Assembly (NCBI RefSeq): GCF_004962925.1
Contig: NZ_SUEO01000001.1
Location: 109,164 to 173,163 of the forward strand
Source: Mesorhizobium sp.
GTDB taxonomy: Bacteria > Pseudomonadota > Alphaproteobacteria > Rhizobiales > Rhizobiaceae
DNA: 64,000 bases
Reading direction: 5' to 3'
This document shows, one piece after another, positions 1-9,768 of this stretch (positions within the stretch are counted from its first letter, which is position 1; the number at the start of each line of letters is the position of its first letter). The translations under genes and the position numbers were made by a program. Under the pieces are notes generated by a model. The model saw only the letters and a program-made list of their open reading frames with translations, searched no databases and was not told where the DNA came from.

Positions 1-495
1 TATGAGGCGGTTCGCGATTGCCTCGCGCATCGTCTCGCCGATGGATGCCGCGTGTTCGCTGCGCAGGCGGAAAGCTTCGAGGAAGCGCTGGCGCATCGAG
101 GAGACGTCGATCCGGAATTCTCCCATTCCATCATCGACAACCGCTTGAGCGACTGATGGGTGGTCGGGAGCTGCGTTCTGAATGATTTCCAGCAAGCGCA
201 AGCGCGTGCGCTGTATTCGTCGCCCGCTCAGGAACAGGCGGCCATCCCGGGTCGGGCCGAGAAGCACAGCGCTCGCCGCCGAGAGGTAAGCGTTGGGATA
301 CAGGTATTTGGCGATGGCGTGCTTGAGTATCATGGCCTCGATATCCTCCCCGGCATCGAGATAGATGCCGCGCATTAACTGGACGAGCTTGCCCGTTTCA
401 GCCTGATAGTGGCTGCGGGTTTTATCGATGTTTTCCCAACGAGGTGAAGGGCCATTTCTAAAGTTCCCGTATCTGAGATACGGGAAAGCTAGCAT
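1..495 (-). CDS. Edge-truncated ORF (N-terminal ~165 aa in the window); hypothetical, possibly an AbiEi-like DNA-binding antitoxin
   Basis: Absent from the ORF track because it has no stop inside the window. My minus-strand translation from ATG 495 reads MLAFPYLRYGNFRNGPSPRWENIDKTRSHYQAETGKLVQLMRGIYLDAGEDIEAMILKHAIAKYLYPNAYLSAASAVLLGPTRDGRLFLSG... and stays open to position 1. The RGIY...YLS..SA..L pattern resembles AbiEi-type antitoxins. The start codon is uncertain. Confidence 0.4.
   Translation of the reverse strand, partial: MLAFPYLRYGNFRNGPSPRWENIDKTRSHYQAETGKLVQLMRGIYLDAGEDIEAMILKHAIAKYLYPNAYLSAASAVLLGPTRDGRLFLSGRRIQRTRLRLLEIIQNAAPDHPSVAQAVVDDGMGEFRIDVSSMRQRFLEAFRLRSEHAASIGETMREAIANRLI
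458..492. promoter_or_regulatory. Operator-like palindrome 1 (perfect core TTCCCGTATC-TGA-GATACGGGAA at 464-486)
   Basis: Perfect 10-3-10 inverted repeat read directly from the sequence. The flanking CTA/TAG extends the symmetry. Confidence 0.45.
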
Positions 496-518
496 AATCA
501 TCATATTCAAGAGTTTCT

Positions 519-549
519 AACTTTCCCGTATTTGGTATACGCAAAAGTT
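519..549. promoter_or_regulatory. Operator-like palindrome 2 (AACTTTCCCGTAT-TTGGT-ATACGCAAAAGTT)
   Basis: Imperfect inverted repeat (11 of 13 arm positions). It shares the half-site TTCCCGTAT with palindrome 1, about 55 bp away. Confidence 0.4.
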
Positions 550-696
550 AGAATACTTTCTCGGAACGACGGCATTCTTCGGGGCGGGAATCGAATCACG
601 GGAGAGAACCTGGTCTGCGAGGGCGCGCAGGCAGTCTCAAGGCGTTCATTCTGCCACACCATAATCGGATCAGCCACACGTAGTTCGGCGAGTCCT

Positions 697-1760
697 TCAG
701 CTATTGTAGAGCGTGGGATTATTCGCTGTCACGGGCCAACGCCCGGCCGAAAGCAGCTTCTTCGCCGCCGCCCTGCCTGGTCGAGGATCACCTGCTCGAT
801 GAGGGCCGGGCGGCGCTGGATGTAGTCCATGCCGAGTTTGTCGAGCTGCAACCCGACAAGCGTGGCGGAAATCGACCTGTAGGAACCCAGATTGTCGATA
901 GCATAGGCGCCGATCAGATACTTCTTGCTCGCTTCGAGTTCGGCCGCTGTTGGGCCTGTGTCCACCAGCTCGTTGATTAGTTGTGTTATCAGGTCGAGCG
1001 TCTCGGCCGCCCTGTCGGCGCGCGTCGACGTCGTCACGACAAGCATGTTGGAATGCTGGTAGCCTTCCAAGCTGGACGAGACACCGTAGGCAAGGCCGCG
1101 CTTTTCGCGCACTTCCTGGAACAGACGTGAGGTAAATCGTGAGCCTCCGACTATATCGTTCATCAGCTGTCCCGCGTAGAATTCCGGGTCGTTGCGTCCA
1201 ATGGCGGGAAAGGCCAGCTGGAGCGAAGTCTGGTGGAGGGCGTATGCGACCTGCGTCCGCTCGGCGCTTCGGGGTGACATCAGGTACGGGGGCGAGCGCC
1301 TGTTTCTGAGGCAAATCGCCGAACAGCTGGTCGAGCCTTGCTCTCAGGGCCTTGGCATCTATGTCGCCTACGACCGCCACATGCAGCCCGTCGCGGGCGA
1401 AAGCGGCTTTGTGGAAGGCGCTTAGATCGGAGGGCGTTACGCTGGTCAGGCTCCCTTGGGCGGTCTCGAATACGCCGTAGATTCCGCGCCGCCAGGCCAG
1501 CTCGGCGATCGCGTGAGGTTCGCGCTCATTGGCAATGATTTCGGAGAGAAGCTGGGCGCGTATGCGGTCGAAAAGTGCTGGTATAGCCGGCTGCGAGTCC
1601 CGCCGCCGAGGATGTCGGCCAGCAGTCGAGCGCCTCGGCCTCGCACCAGGGACCGCCCATCGAATGACTCATGCGAGGCGTCTCAAGGCTGTCCGCGATC
1701 CAGCGCCAGATCTCCGCCTCGCCCGAGGCGCGCAGAGCTGGCCGGTTGTGCAGGAGCCGT
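697..1760 (-). pseudogene. Decayed paralogue of the M16 (insulinase-family) peptidase at 13260-15935
   Basis: Fragments in at least 3 frames match the intact gene. Examples: DIDAKALRARLDQLFGDLPQKQALAPVPDVTPK vs DIDANTLRERLDQLFGDLPEQQTLVPVYDVAPK; FYAGQLMNDIVGGSRFTSRLFQEVREKRGLAY vs [54 protein letters not shown] vs [22 protein letters not shown]. The spacing implies a large internal deletion in addition to the frameshifts. Confidence 0.7.
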
Positions 1761-1990
1761 AGGCAATATTCGCCTACCTTGTTCGGACGTGTAACGCTTG
1801 CGTCTCCCGTCGCATTCTACCTCGCTTTCCGAACGTAGCCGTGATGCGAACTCTTGCTGCATATAAAGTCGAATCAGGGGGATTGGGTCATACGATACGG
1901 AGTCTTGACTTTGGCATTCGCTCTGCGACATTACCTATATAAAGGTCGAAAGATGGTGATATGGATCATGCATAGGTCACGGAGACCCGA

Positions 1991-2329
1991 ATGACGGCAG
2001 CGCATAAACGCACCTATTCGCGCTACGCGATGGAAGCGCTTGGCCTTTTCGGTAAGACCATCCGGCTGGGCCGGATGCAGCACCGGTTAACCGCACAGGA
2101 GTTAGCCGAGAGAATCGGTGTTTCACGCAGCACCCTGCAGCGCATCGAGAAGGGCGATCCCAAAGTCGAAATCGGACTGATGTTCGAAGCTGCTGCCATT
2201 GTCGGTGTGAAGCTGTTCGATGCCGACGGCAAGGGCATCACAGCCCTCACAGGCCGCATGGACGATCGCATCGCGCTGCTGCCGAAGCACGTCTACAAGG
2301 CCAGCAAGCAGATCGTCGATGAGTTCTAA
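1991..2329 (+). CDS. hipB: XRE-family HTH protein, HipB-like antitoxin
   Basis: HTH segment LTAQELAERIGVSRSTLQRIEKG. Its stop overlaps the start of the hipA-like gene. Confidence 0.75.
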   Translation: MTAAHKRTYSRYAMEALGLFGKTIRLGRMQHRLTAQELAERIGVSRSTLQRIEKGDPKVEIGLMFEAAAIVGVKLFDADGKGITALTGRMDDRIALLPKHVYKASKQIVDEF

Positions 2330-3635
2330 GGTCCCCAAGTACGACGAAGCCTATGTCTGGGTCTGGCTGCCGGGCGAGACCGCGCCGGTTGTCGCCGGGC
2401 GGCTATATGCCCATGACGGACTCGTCAGCTTCAACTATGGCAGGAGCTTTCGTGAACTGGGCAGCGCGATCCCGCTTTATCTCCCGGAACTGCCCCTGAA
2501 GGCAGGCGAATTGCCTTTGCTTCCTGGCCTAACTATGCCGGGATGCATCCGCGATGCTGCCCCCGATGCCTGGGGACGACGGGTTATCCTAAACCGCAAA
2601 TTCGGTGTGAAGGGCGATGAAATCGCGCGGCTCGATATTTCAGAACTGACGTTCCTGCTGGAATCAGGCTCGGACCGCATCGGCGCGCTCGATTTTCAGT
2701 TTTCGCCCACGAATTACGAGCCGCGCGCACTGGCCAATGCCACTCTCGAAGAGCTTGTCCAATCGGCGGAGCGGGTAGAGAAAGGTATTCCGCTCACCCC
2801 CGAATTAGACCAGGCGCTGCATCACGGCAGCTCGATCGGCGGCGCAAGGCCAAAGGCGCTGATCGAGGACGACGCCATCAAGCATGTCGCGAAATTTTCC
2901 TCGTCTGCCGACCTTTACAGCGTCGTCAAAGGAGAATTCATAGCCATGCGGCTTGCCGCCTTGTGCGGCATCAGAGCGGCATCCGTCTCGCTCGTTCGCG
3001 CCGCAGGCAAGGACGTGTTGCTCGTCGAGCGATTCGACCGGATCAAGGTCACGGGCGGCTGGCAACGCAAATCCATGGTCTCAGCGCTGACGATGCTCGC
3101 GCTCGATGAGATGATGGCGCGTTACGCCAGCTACCAGGATTTGGCGGAGATCATTCGCCACCGATTCACCGCGCCGTCGGAAACTCTGCGCGAGTTGTTC
3201 AGCCGCATTGTCTTCAACATACTTTGCGGCAACACCGACGATCATGCCCGCAACCATGCGGCATTCTGGGACGGGGCTAAGCTCACCCTCGCGCCTGCTT
3301 ACGATATTTGTCCGCAGGCCCGCAGTGGCCAGGAGGCCAGCCAGGCCATGCTCATCAGCGGCAATAACCGCATGAGCCGGATCGCGTCCTGCCTTGAAGC
3401 CGCGCATCACTTCCTGCTCAGCGCGCCGGAAGCTCTTGCGATTGTTGAAGGCCAGCTCCGATGCATTGCGGAGAATTGGCCGCGTGTCAGCGAGGAAGCT
3501 ACGCTATCCGGCACAGATCGCAATCTGTTCTGGGGCCGACAGTTCCTCAATCCCTACGCTTTTACGGCGCTGGAAGGAAGCGCCGACGTTCTCCGCGCTC
3601 TGGCTGACGAACTACGCAACAGTGTTCACGCCTGA
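2319..3635 (+). CDS. hipA: HipA-family serine/threonine kinase toxin
   Basis: HipA hallmarks are present: GGARPKALIE, VERFDR, GNTDDHARNHA. I chose the ATG at 2319 (MSSKVPKYDEAYVWVW...), which overlaps the hipB stop, over the track start at 2220. Confidence 0.85.
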   Translation: MSSKVPKYDEAYVWVWLPGETAPVVAGRLYAHDGLVSFNYGRSFRELGSAIPLYLPELPLKAGELPLLPGLTMPGCIRDAAPDAWGRRVILNRKFGVKGDEIARLDISELTFLLESGSDRIGALDFQFSPTNYEPRALANATLEELVQSAERVEKGIPLTPELDQALHHGSSIGGARPKALIEDDAIKHVAKFSSSADLYSVVKGEFIAMRLAALCGIRAASVSLVRAAGKDVLLVERFDRIKVTGGWQRKSMVSALTMLALDEMMARYASYQDLAEIIRHRFTAPSETLRELFSRIVFNILCGNTDDHARNHAAFWDGAKLTLAPAYDICPQARSGQEASQAMLISGNNRMSRIASCLEAAHHFLLSAPEALAIVEGQLRCIAENWPRVSEEATLSGTDRNLFWGRQFLNPYAFTALEGSADVLRALADELRNSVHA

Positions 3636-3829
3636 TCCGGCGCTGGATTTCGGACAAGCTCGGCAAGCGCAAGACGCCCACAATATGGACAACCCTTGCC
3701 GTGCCAGGACGAAGACATGAACAAACGGCTCTTCAACAGTGACAACGTGCACTGCGGAAAGATGTGGAGTTGACACCGCAAAACCGCGCGACTTCCCGCG
3801 ATACAACTCCCCATAACTGAGCGTCTACA

Positions 3830-4636
3830 AGCGGTGCAGCCAGCCAAACATCCCGCCATCAAAGCGATGATCGTCTGATCTTTTGCCGATGACATCACGT
3901 CGGGGAAGACTTGTTCGAGCGCTTGCCGCTTCATATCGATACCGGCCTGGGCGTAGCGCATCGTTAGTTCAGCCCGAGTGGCCTGGCCATTGACTGATGG
4001 TGGCGATGTCAACACCCGCCTTGACGAGGTGGATGGCCGTCGTGTGCCGCAAAGAGTGATGGATGCTTTTTTCCGCCAGGGTGGTTCCTTCGCCCGCAGC
4101 CATATCAACATGTTTGCGCAGCAAGTATCGAACACCGAACCGGGTCAGCAGTGTGGGGGGGGGCGTTGCTTTGCTCGGCGGGACAGGGCGATACCAGACG
4201 AAGGTCACAAAATCGAGATTCAGGATTCCTGAACTCGTGCATCCGTATTGAACATCAGCGAGAACAGCGCGTAATCCCGCTGTCCAGAAGGCGTGCGGCG
4301 GTCGATACGCGCCAGGACGCTCTTGATTTCCGGGCTCATCGAGATATTCGACAGGTGCCACCCGCGCGCCCTCTTGAAGGGAAGTGTCACCACCAGTTGC
4401 AGCGTTCCATATATTCGGGGTGCTCCGAAATCAGGAACCGCGCAAAGGTATGCATCGCCGCCAGCCTTGCATTGCGGGTCGCAACTGCCACGCTCGACCT
4501 CAAGTGACGTGAGAAAGCTGCCGATCCTGTCGGTATTGATGTCGGAGACCGCTTCTTTCAAGAATATCTTCCCGCTCTCCGCGGCATGAGCCCGTGGCAT
4601 GCTTCGGCCCAATGCGATGGATTGATGTTTCTTCAT
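3830..4636 (-). pseudogene. Tyrosine recombinase/integrase broken by at least 2 frameshifts
   Basis: N-terminal part is in ORF 4220-4636. The catalytic segment HSLRHTTAIHLVKAGVDIATISQWPGHS is in ORF 3969-4361. The C-terminal TRAELTMRYAQAGIDMKRQALEQVF is in ORF 3626-4135. Confidence 0.7.
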
Positions 4637-4834
4637 GCCACAACCTCGCTGACGAGACCGCCGAAAGCCCCTTCAAAGCGGTCGGTGGCGATCTCTCTCA
4701 GCTTTGGAAGGTAGTGCATCGATTTTTCGTGGAATGAGGACGCTGTTTAAGGGGTGATTTTCGTCCAAACGGGACCCCTTAACGATGGGGTCATCAAGAT
4801 GCCTCCGGTTTGATCGGAGACATTTGTGTTTTGG

Positions 4835-6357
4835 ATGTTGGTTTTGGAGACGATTGCAAAGATACGTCGGCTGTCGCTGGTCCAGGGGAAGTCGATCAAA
4901 GCGATCTGCCGTGAGCTGAAGATCTCGCGCAAGGTGGTGCGCAAGGTCCTGCGTTCTGAGGAGACGGAGTTCCGCTACGAGCGCAAGCACCAGCCCTATT
5001 CCCGCATGGGAGCTTGGCGTGAGACGCTGGACCGGCTGCTGTCGGCGAATGCGGCCAAGCCGGAGCGGGAGCGGCTGACGCTGATCCGGATCTTCGAGGA
5101 GCTTCGCGGCCTCGGCTATGACGGCAGCTACAGTTCGGGGTGGCGGCATGCGCAGAGCTCGGCGGCGGATCGCGGCAGCGCCGTGGCCGAGGCCTACATT
5201 CCGTTGAGTTTTGCACCTGGCGAGGCCTACCAGTTCGACTGGAGTCACGAGATCGTCCTGCTCGACGGCGTGACGGTGACAGTGAAGGTCGCGCACATGC
5301 GGCTCTCACAGCCGCATGTTCTTCGTGAGGGCCTATCCGCGCGAGACGCAGGAGATGGTGTTCGACGCGCATGACCGGGCATTCGCCTTCTTCCGTGGCG
5401 CCTGCACGCGCGGCATCTACGACAACATGAAGACGGCGGTGGACGCGATCTTCATCGGCAGGGACCGCCGCTACAGCCGCCGCTTTGCGCAGATGTGCGG
5501 GCATTACCTTGTCGAGCCGGAGGCCTGCACACCGGCGGCCGGCTGGGAGAAGGGGCAAGTCGAGAACCAGGTCGGGCTGGTGCGCGAGCGCTTCTTCACA
5601 CCGAGGCTGCGCTTCAAGACGTTGGAGGATCTCAACGGCTGGCTGGACGACAAATGCGTTGCCTAATGCCAAGGCGCGTCGGCATCCCGAACAGGGTGAG
5701 CGCACGATCTGGGACGTATTCGAAGAAGAACGCGCGAGCTTCATTCCCTATGCCGGTCGCTTCGACGGCTACCATTGCATTCCCGCGTCGGTGTCGAAGA
5801 CCTGCACGGTGCGCTTCGACAACAACAAATACTCGGTGCTGTCGAGCGCCGTCGGTCGGCCGGTCGAGATCCATGCTTATGCCGACCGCATCGTCATCCG
5901 CCAGGATCGCGCGGTCGTCGGCGAGCACGCACGCTCTTTCGGCCGCAACGAGGTCGTCTACGATCCCTGGCACTACGTGCCGGTGCTGGCCCGCAAACCG
6001 GACGGCCTGCGCAACGGCGCGCCTTTCCGGGAATGGGTTCTGCCATCAGCCATGGAGAAGGTGCGCCGCAAGCTAGGGGCGGCCGATGACGGCGACCGGC
6101 AGATGGTGTCGATCCTCACCTGCGTCCTGACCGACGGATTGAGCGCGGTCGAGAGCGCCTGCCAGGAAGCGCTCGAGCATGGCGTCTGTTCGGCGGCGGT
6201 GATCCTCAACATCCTGGCCCGCAGCCGCGATCCGGCGCCGGGCACGATCCTTTCCATTCCCCAGGCCCTGACGCTGGCTCACGAGCCGGTCGCCGACTGC
6301 GCCCGCTATGACAGTCTCAGGAGGACAAACGGAAACGCACCGAGGTTCTGGAACTGA
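4835..6357 (+). pseudogene. istA: IS21 transposase IstA, frameshifted near 5290 and 5640
   Basis: MLVLETIAKIRRLSLVQGKSIKAICRELKISRKVV... continues in ORF 5316-5666 (YPRETQEMVFDAHDRAFAFF...GWEKGQVENQVG) and then in ORF 5485-6357 (ASVSKTCTVRFDNNKYSV...). Confidence 0.8.
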
Positions 6358-6650
6358 TGGGGGCGCTGAAGCTCTACGGGATGCGCAGCGCCTATGACGA
6401 GATCATGGGCGTCGCCATCAAGCGACGGCACGAGCCGCCCAGGATCGTCGGTGATCTCTTGCAAGCCGAGATATCGGAGAAGCAGGCCCGCTCCATCAAA
6501 TACCACTCGCCGTCGCCAAGTTGCCGCTGGCCAAGGACATCGACGACTTCGACTTCGCCGACACGCCGGTCACCGAACCCCTGATGCGCGATCTCGCCCG
6601 GCGGCGCCTTCGTCGCCGATCAGCGCAACATCGTCCTGGTCGGCCGCCTT
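6357..6650 (+). pseudogene. istB: IS21 helper IstB, frameshifted and truncated before the P-loop
   Basis: MGALKLYGMRSAYDEIMGVAIKRRHEPPRIVGDLLQAEISEKQARSIKY, then LPLAKDIDDFDFADTPVTEPLMRDLA in another frame. No GxxGxGKT motif follows. Confidence 0.7.
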
Positions 6651-6717
6651 CACGGGTCACCCAACTCGCGCGGAAGGTCGACCGCATTGCGACGGGCGCG
6701 TGTCGACTTCCCAACCA

Positions 6718-6733
6718 TGTCAGACAGGAGACA
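6718..6733 (+). promoter_or_regulatory. Candidate NifA upstream activator sequence (TGT-N10-ACA)
   Basis: TGTCAGACAGGAGACA lies about 60 bp upstream of the -24 element at 6779. Confidence 0.4.
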
Positions 6734-6778
6734 CAACGCTATCGGAGCGATCGCATTGTCCGAAACGATTTTCCCAGT

Positions 6779-6794
6779 TGGCACGACGGTTGCG
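6779..6794 (+). promoter_or_regulatory. Candidate sigma-54 (-24/-12) promoter
   Basis: TGGCAC-GACGG-TTGCG is a perfect TGGCAC-N5-TTGC match. It sits about 45 bp upstream of the ATG at 6837. Confidence 0.55.
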
Positions 6795-6836
6795 GTCCTA
6801 TGCGCAAAAGCAAACTAGACCTGAGAGCCGCACCCC

Positions 6837-7469
6837 ATGAATGTAGCCTCCGAACCTCTCCCGCTTGTGGCGCACCACGAAGCCGGGCACGCGGTGGCCG
6901 CCATCGTTTTGAAGCGTCAGATGTTCGACGACGACCGTGAATTCCCTGCTTTCTCAAGTGTTAGTATTTACCCCGACCCCGGTGACGGAGATTACCTTGG
7001 TGTTGTCATGAGCAAGGCTTTTTATTCAGCGCAAGGATTCACCTCGAAGCGAAAGCCGATTTTCGAGGACGATATGGATCGATATTTGGAACGCGATCGT
7101 GCGATCCGGCAGATAGTTGCGTATCTGGCAGGTCCTTTTGCAGAATCCGCATTCGAAGGCTATCTGGACCCGTTCGATATGGCGATGAATGCGTCCGACG
7201 CGAATGAGGGAAGCAGCGACTACGCGGAGGCCAAGCGAATCTATGGTGAGTTGCGGTTCCTGATGCCGCGCCGCCCCGGTTGGAAGCGGATCGAAGATCG
7301 CACGGCCCGGCTAGTACTCGATCACTGGTCGGCCATCGAAGCATTGGCCGCGCATTTGCTGGTCAAGCATGATCTCCAATTCGATGAGGCTCTGACGATT
7401 GTTGCGCCGCATCTTCCGCCCAAGCCAGTAGCTACGCCGCCAGAGGGTCCATTTCCGCCGCCTGCTTGA
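6837..7469 (+). CDS. Stand-alone FtsH/M41-like zinc metalloprotease-domain protein (HExxH)
   Basis: HHEAGHAV zinc motif, then YLAGPFAESAF and GSSDYAEAKRI. These align in order with the FtsH protease-domain motifs HEAGHA / GGRAAEE / xxND..AT. No AAA domain and no TM segment. Confidence 0.6.
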   Translation: MNVASEPLPLVAHHEAGHAVAAIVLKRQMFDDDREFPAFSSVSIYPDPGDGDYLGVVMSKAFYSAQGFTSKRKPIFEDDMDRYLERDRAIRQIVAYLAGPFAESAFEGYLDPFDMAMNASDANEGSSDYAEAKRIYGELRFLMPRRPGWKRIEDRTARLVLDHWSAIEALAAHLLVKHDLQFDEALTIVAPHLPPKPVATPPEGPFPPPA

Positions 7470-8605
7470 TCAGCCATTCGATGTGATTTGACCACATCTG
7501 CAACACCTCGCGCTTCTCCTTGACGTAGGTATAGAGATTGTAGATTTCGCCTATGTGTGTCAGGGACGCCGCCTTGTAATTCAGTATGTGCTCGATGACG
7601 TGTGGCAATACCTGCCGCCTGCCGAGATTTGTCGCGAGCGTCCTGCGCAGATCGTGAAGGGTCCAGTTCTCCAAAGCCACCCCGTCAATATTGACCTTGC
7701 CGTCTAGAGCCTTCTTGCCCTTCGCGTAGCCTGAGAAGTGGCTTCTTTCGTTGCCCCTCGCAGGGAAAACAAACGTGTCATTGGTCTTCGGTACCGACTG
7801 GGGGACCGACACCGCCAGTGTGGACAGCGGAATAAGCGTAGGCTCTTCGTTCTTCGTGCGGTCACTCGATAGTTCCCATGTTCCGGCTTCAAGGTTGAGT
7901 TCAGACCAACGCATCGCGGCAACTTCCGTACGCCTCTGTCCGGTCAGCATGAGCAGCTTGACGATGGAGCCGAACGAATAGCCGATATCGCCCGGTTCGG
8001 GCTCACGCCCGTCCATATAGCCGCCAGTTCGGCATCGTTCACCACTCGCTTGCGCTTGACGATCGGGGCCGGATACCGGATTTTCCAATCCCTCGCGGGG
8101 AAACCGCGATGAGCCGTTGCGGCGGTTTGCGACACCAGTTGAAAAATGCCCGCATATACCAGAAGGCCGTGTTAGCCGCTTGCGGGTGACCCCCGGCGAC
8201 GATCTTCTTGGTGATGTTAGCAATGTCGGTGTCGGTCACATGGTGGATAGAGCGACTCCCGAGGGCAGGCACAAGATACCGGTTCAGGTTGGCCTCGACC
8301 AGTTCCCAGGAATCCCATTCTGCCTTGCCGGTCTTTGCAAAGCCCGCTCCCTTGCATTCGCGCCGATCGGCCGACCCCGTTCGAGAAAGGGCGTGATCTG
8401 GTCGGCGGCATGCAGAATCCGGGTGGCGCGGCTGGTCCGGTCGGACGCGGTCTGATCGGGGAAGCCAGCCGGAATGCCGGCGGCTCGTGCGGGAAGGGCG
8501 TTCATGAGACGGTCCTGTCGGGCGAGCGGTTTGGGGCACGATCGCCATAGTTGATCAGGCTTCCCGAGTGGGGCATTCTCGTAAATGTCGCTTGCGGACA
8601 TATGT
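7432..8605 (-). pseudogene. P4-type tyrosine integrase, at least 2 frameshifts
   Basis: The catalytic C-terminus HDLRRTLATNLGRRQVLPHVIEHILNY is in ORF 7432-8223. The core-binding region NLNRYLVPALGSRSIHHVTDTDIANITKKIV is in ORF 8039-8548. The N-terminus is in a third frame. Confidence 0.7.
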
Positions 8606-8801
8606 TTGCTCCTTGTCCAGAAACAGAAAAGGCCCGATGGGACGGCCGGGCCCAGCGCGGTGTTTTGAGGGTCGTTACTCGGCGGCCTGGAGGTGATCGC
8701 CGTCGCCGTCCTCGGTATCGTCAGCGCTGATCTGCGCCTGATCGGCAAGGAAGGCTGGCAGTTCCGATGGAGCTATGCTGGAATTTGGGTGACGAGGCTG
8801 A

Positions 8802-9250
8802 TCAAGCGGCGCTCTGCGGCTTCGTTTCGATGACCTCGATTCCGTCCAGGAACCTGGCACCTGCGATGAGTTTCGGCAACTGATTTTGTCCTTTCAATCG
8901 TCGCCACGTCCTGGCCGCGGCCATGACCAGCTTGAAGACCATCAGCTGGGCGATTTTCCAGGATAGCGAGCCCTTGGTACGTACCGTGCGGTGGCGAACG
9001 GTCGCAAAGACGCTTTCGATGGGATTGGACGTTCGCAGATGATCCCAGTGTTCGGCGGGGGAATCGTAGAACGCCAGCGACGCATTCTGATCTTTCGTCA
9101 GGCAGTCGACCGCCTTAGCATACGCCTCGGATTCCATCTCGATCGCCTGCGCAAGCATTTGCGCGCGCCGCTGCGAAGTACATCCGTCAGGGTATCACCG
9201 ATTTCGTCGGGCTGACGAAGGCGAACAATGTTGATAGTCTCGTTCATGGC
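8802..9250 (-). pseudogene. IS256-family transposase relic with a large internal deletion
   Basis: N-terminal MNETINIVRLRQPDEIGDTLTDVLRSGA is joined almost directly to the C-terminal ...PAEHWDHLRTSNPIESVFATVRHRTVRTKGSLS...TWRRLKGQNQLPKLIAG. The catalytic middle is missing. Confidence 0.7.
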
Positions 9251-9768
9251 GTATCGCTCTCCTTGAGAGGTACTGGCAGGCTTCATCACCCGCCTCGATA
9301 CGCCGCTCTCCTCAAACCGTCATCACCCAGTTTCCGCCATAGCTCCCCCCTGATTGGTCCGCTTCACCTGTGCAACTGCACAGGCTGCCATAGCGGGGAG
9401 ATTGGCCTCCAATGGCGAAAACTTGCCGCAGGAGACCCTCCGATGACCGTGCCTATGGCGCCGCCGCTACGACAACTTGCCGACAAGCAGCGTGCGATCC
9501 ACTGCCGCGCTACTGCGCCTTCAAGGGACGTCTGGATCGCGACGCAGGAGCCGATGACCGTTACGGAATCAATTCCCTTGGCGTGCCCAGGTCGCGCTGG
9601 CCGTCGCTGTGCCCGTTCGACGGTCTGGTGGCAATTTGGGCACATCTTGTGTCGTCGCCAGTGCCGATGCCGCACGCTTCAACAAAAAGGTGCCTTCGAC
9701 GTCTGCTGCCTTCGCCGGTGCTTTGCGAAGTGGCATAATGTTTCGACGCACGCGGGCGCGGGCAGGGG

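Larger units (their letters stand above)
4745..6650 (+). mobile_element. IS21-family element, inactivated (frameshifted istA, truncated istB)
   Basis: The left end has the inverted pair TTAAGGGGT...ACCCCTTAA (about 4746-4781). The IstA and IstB homology is described in the two features below. No right end was recognised. Confidence 0.7.
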
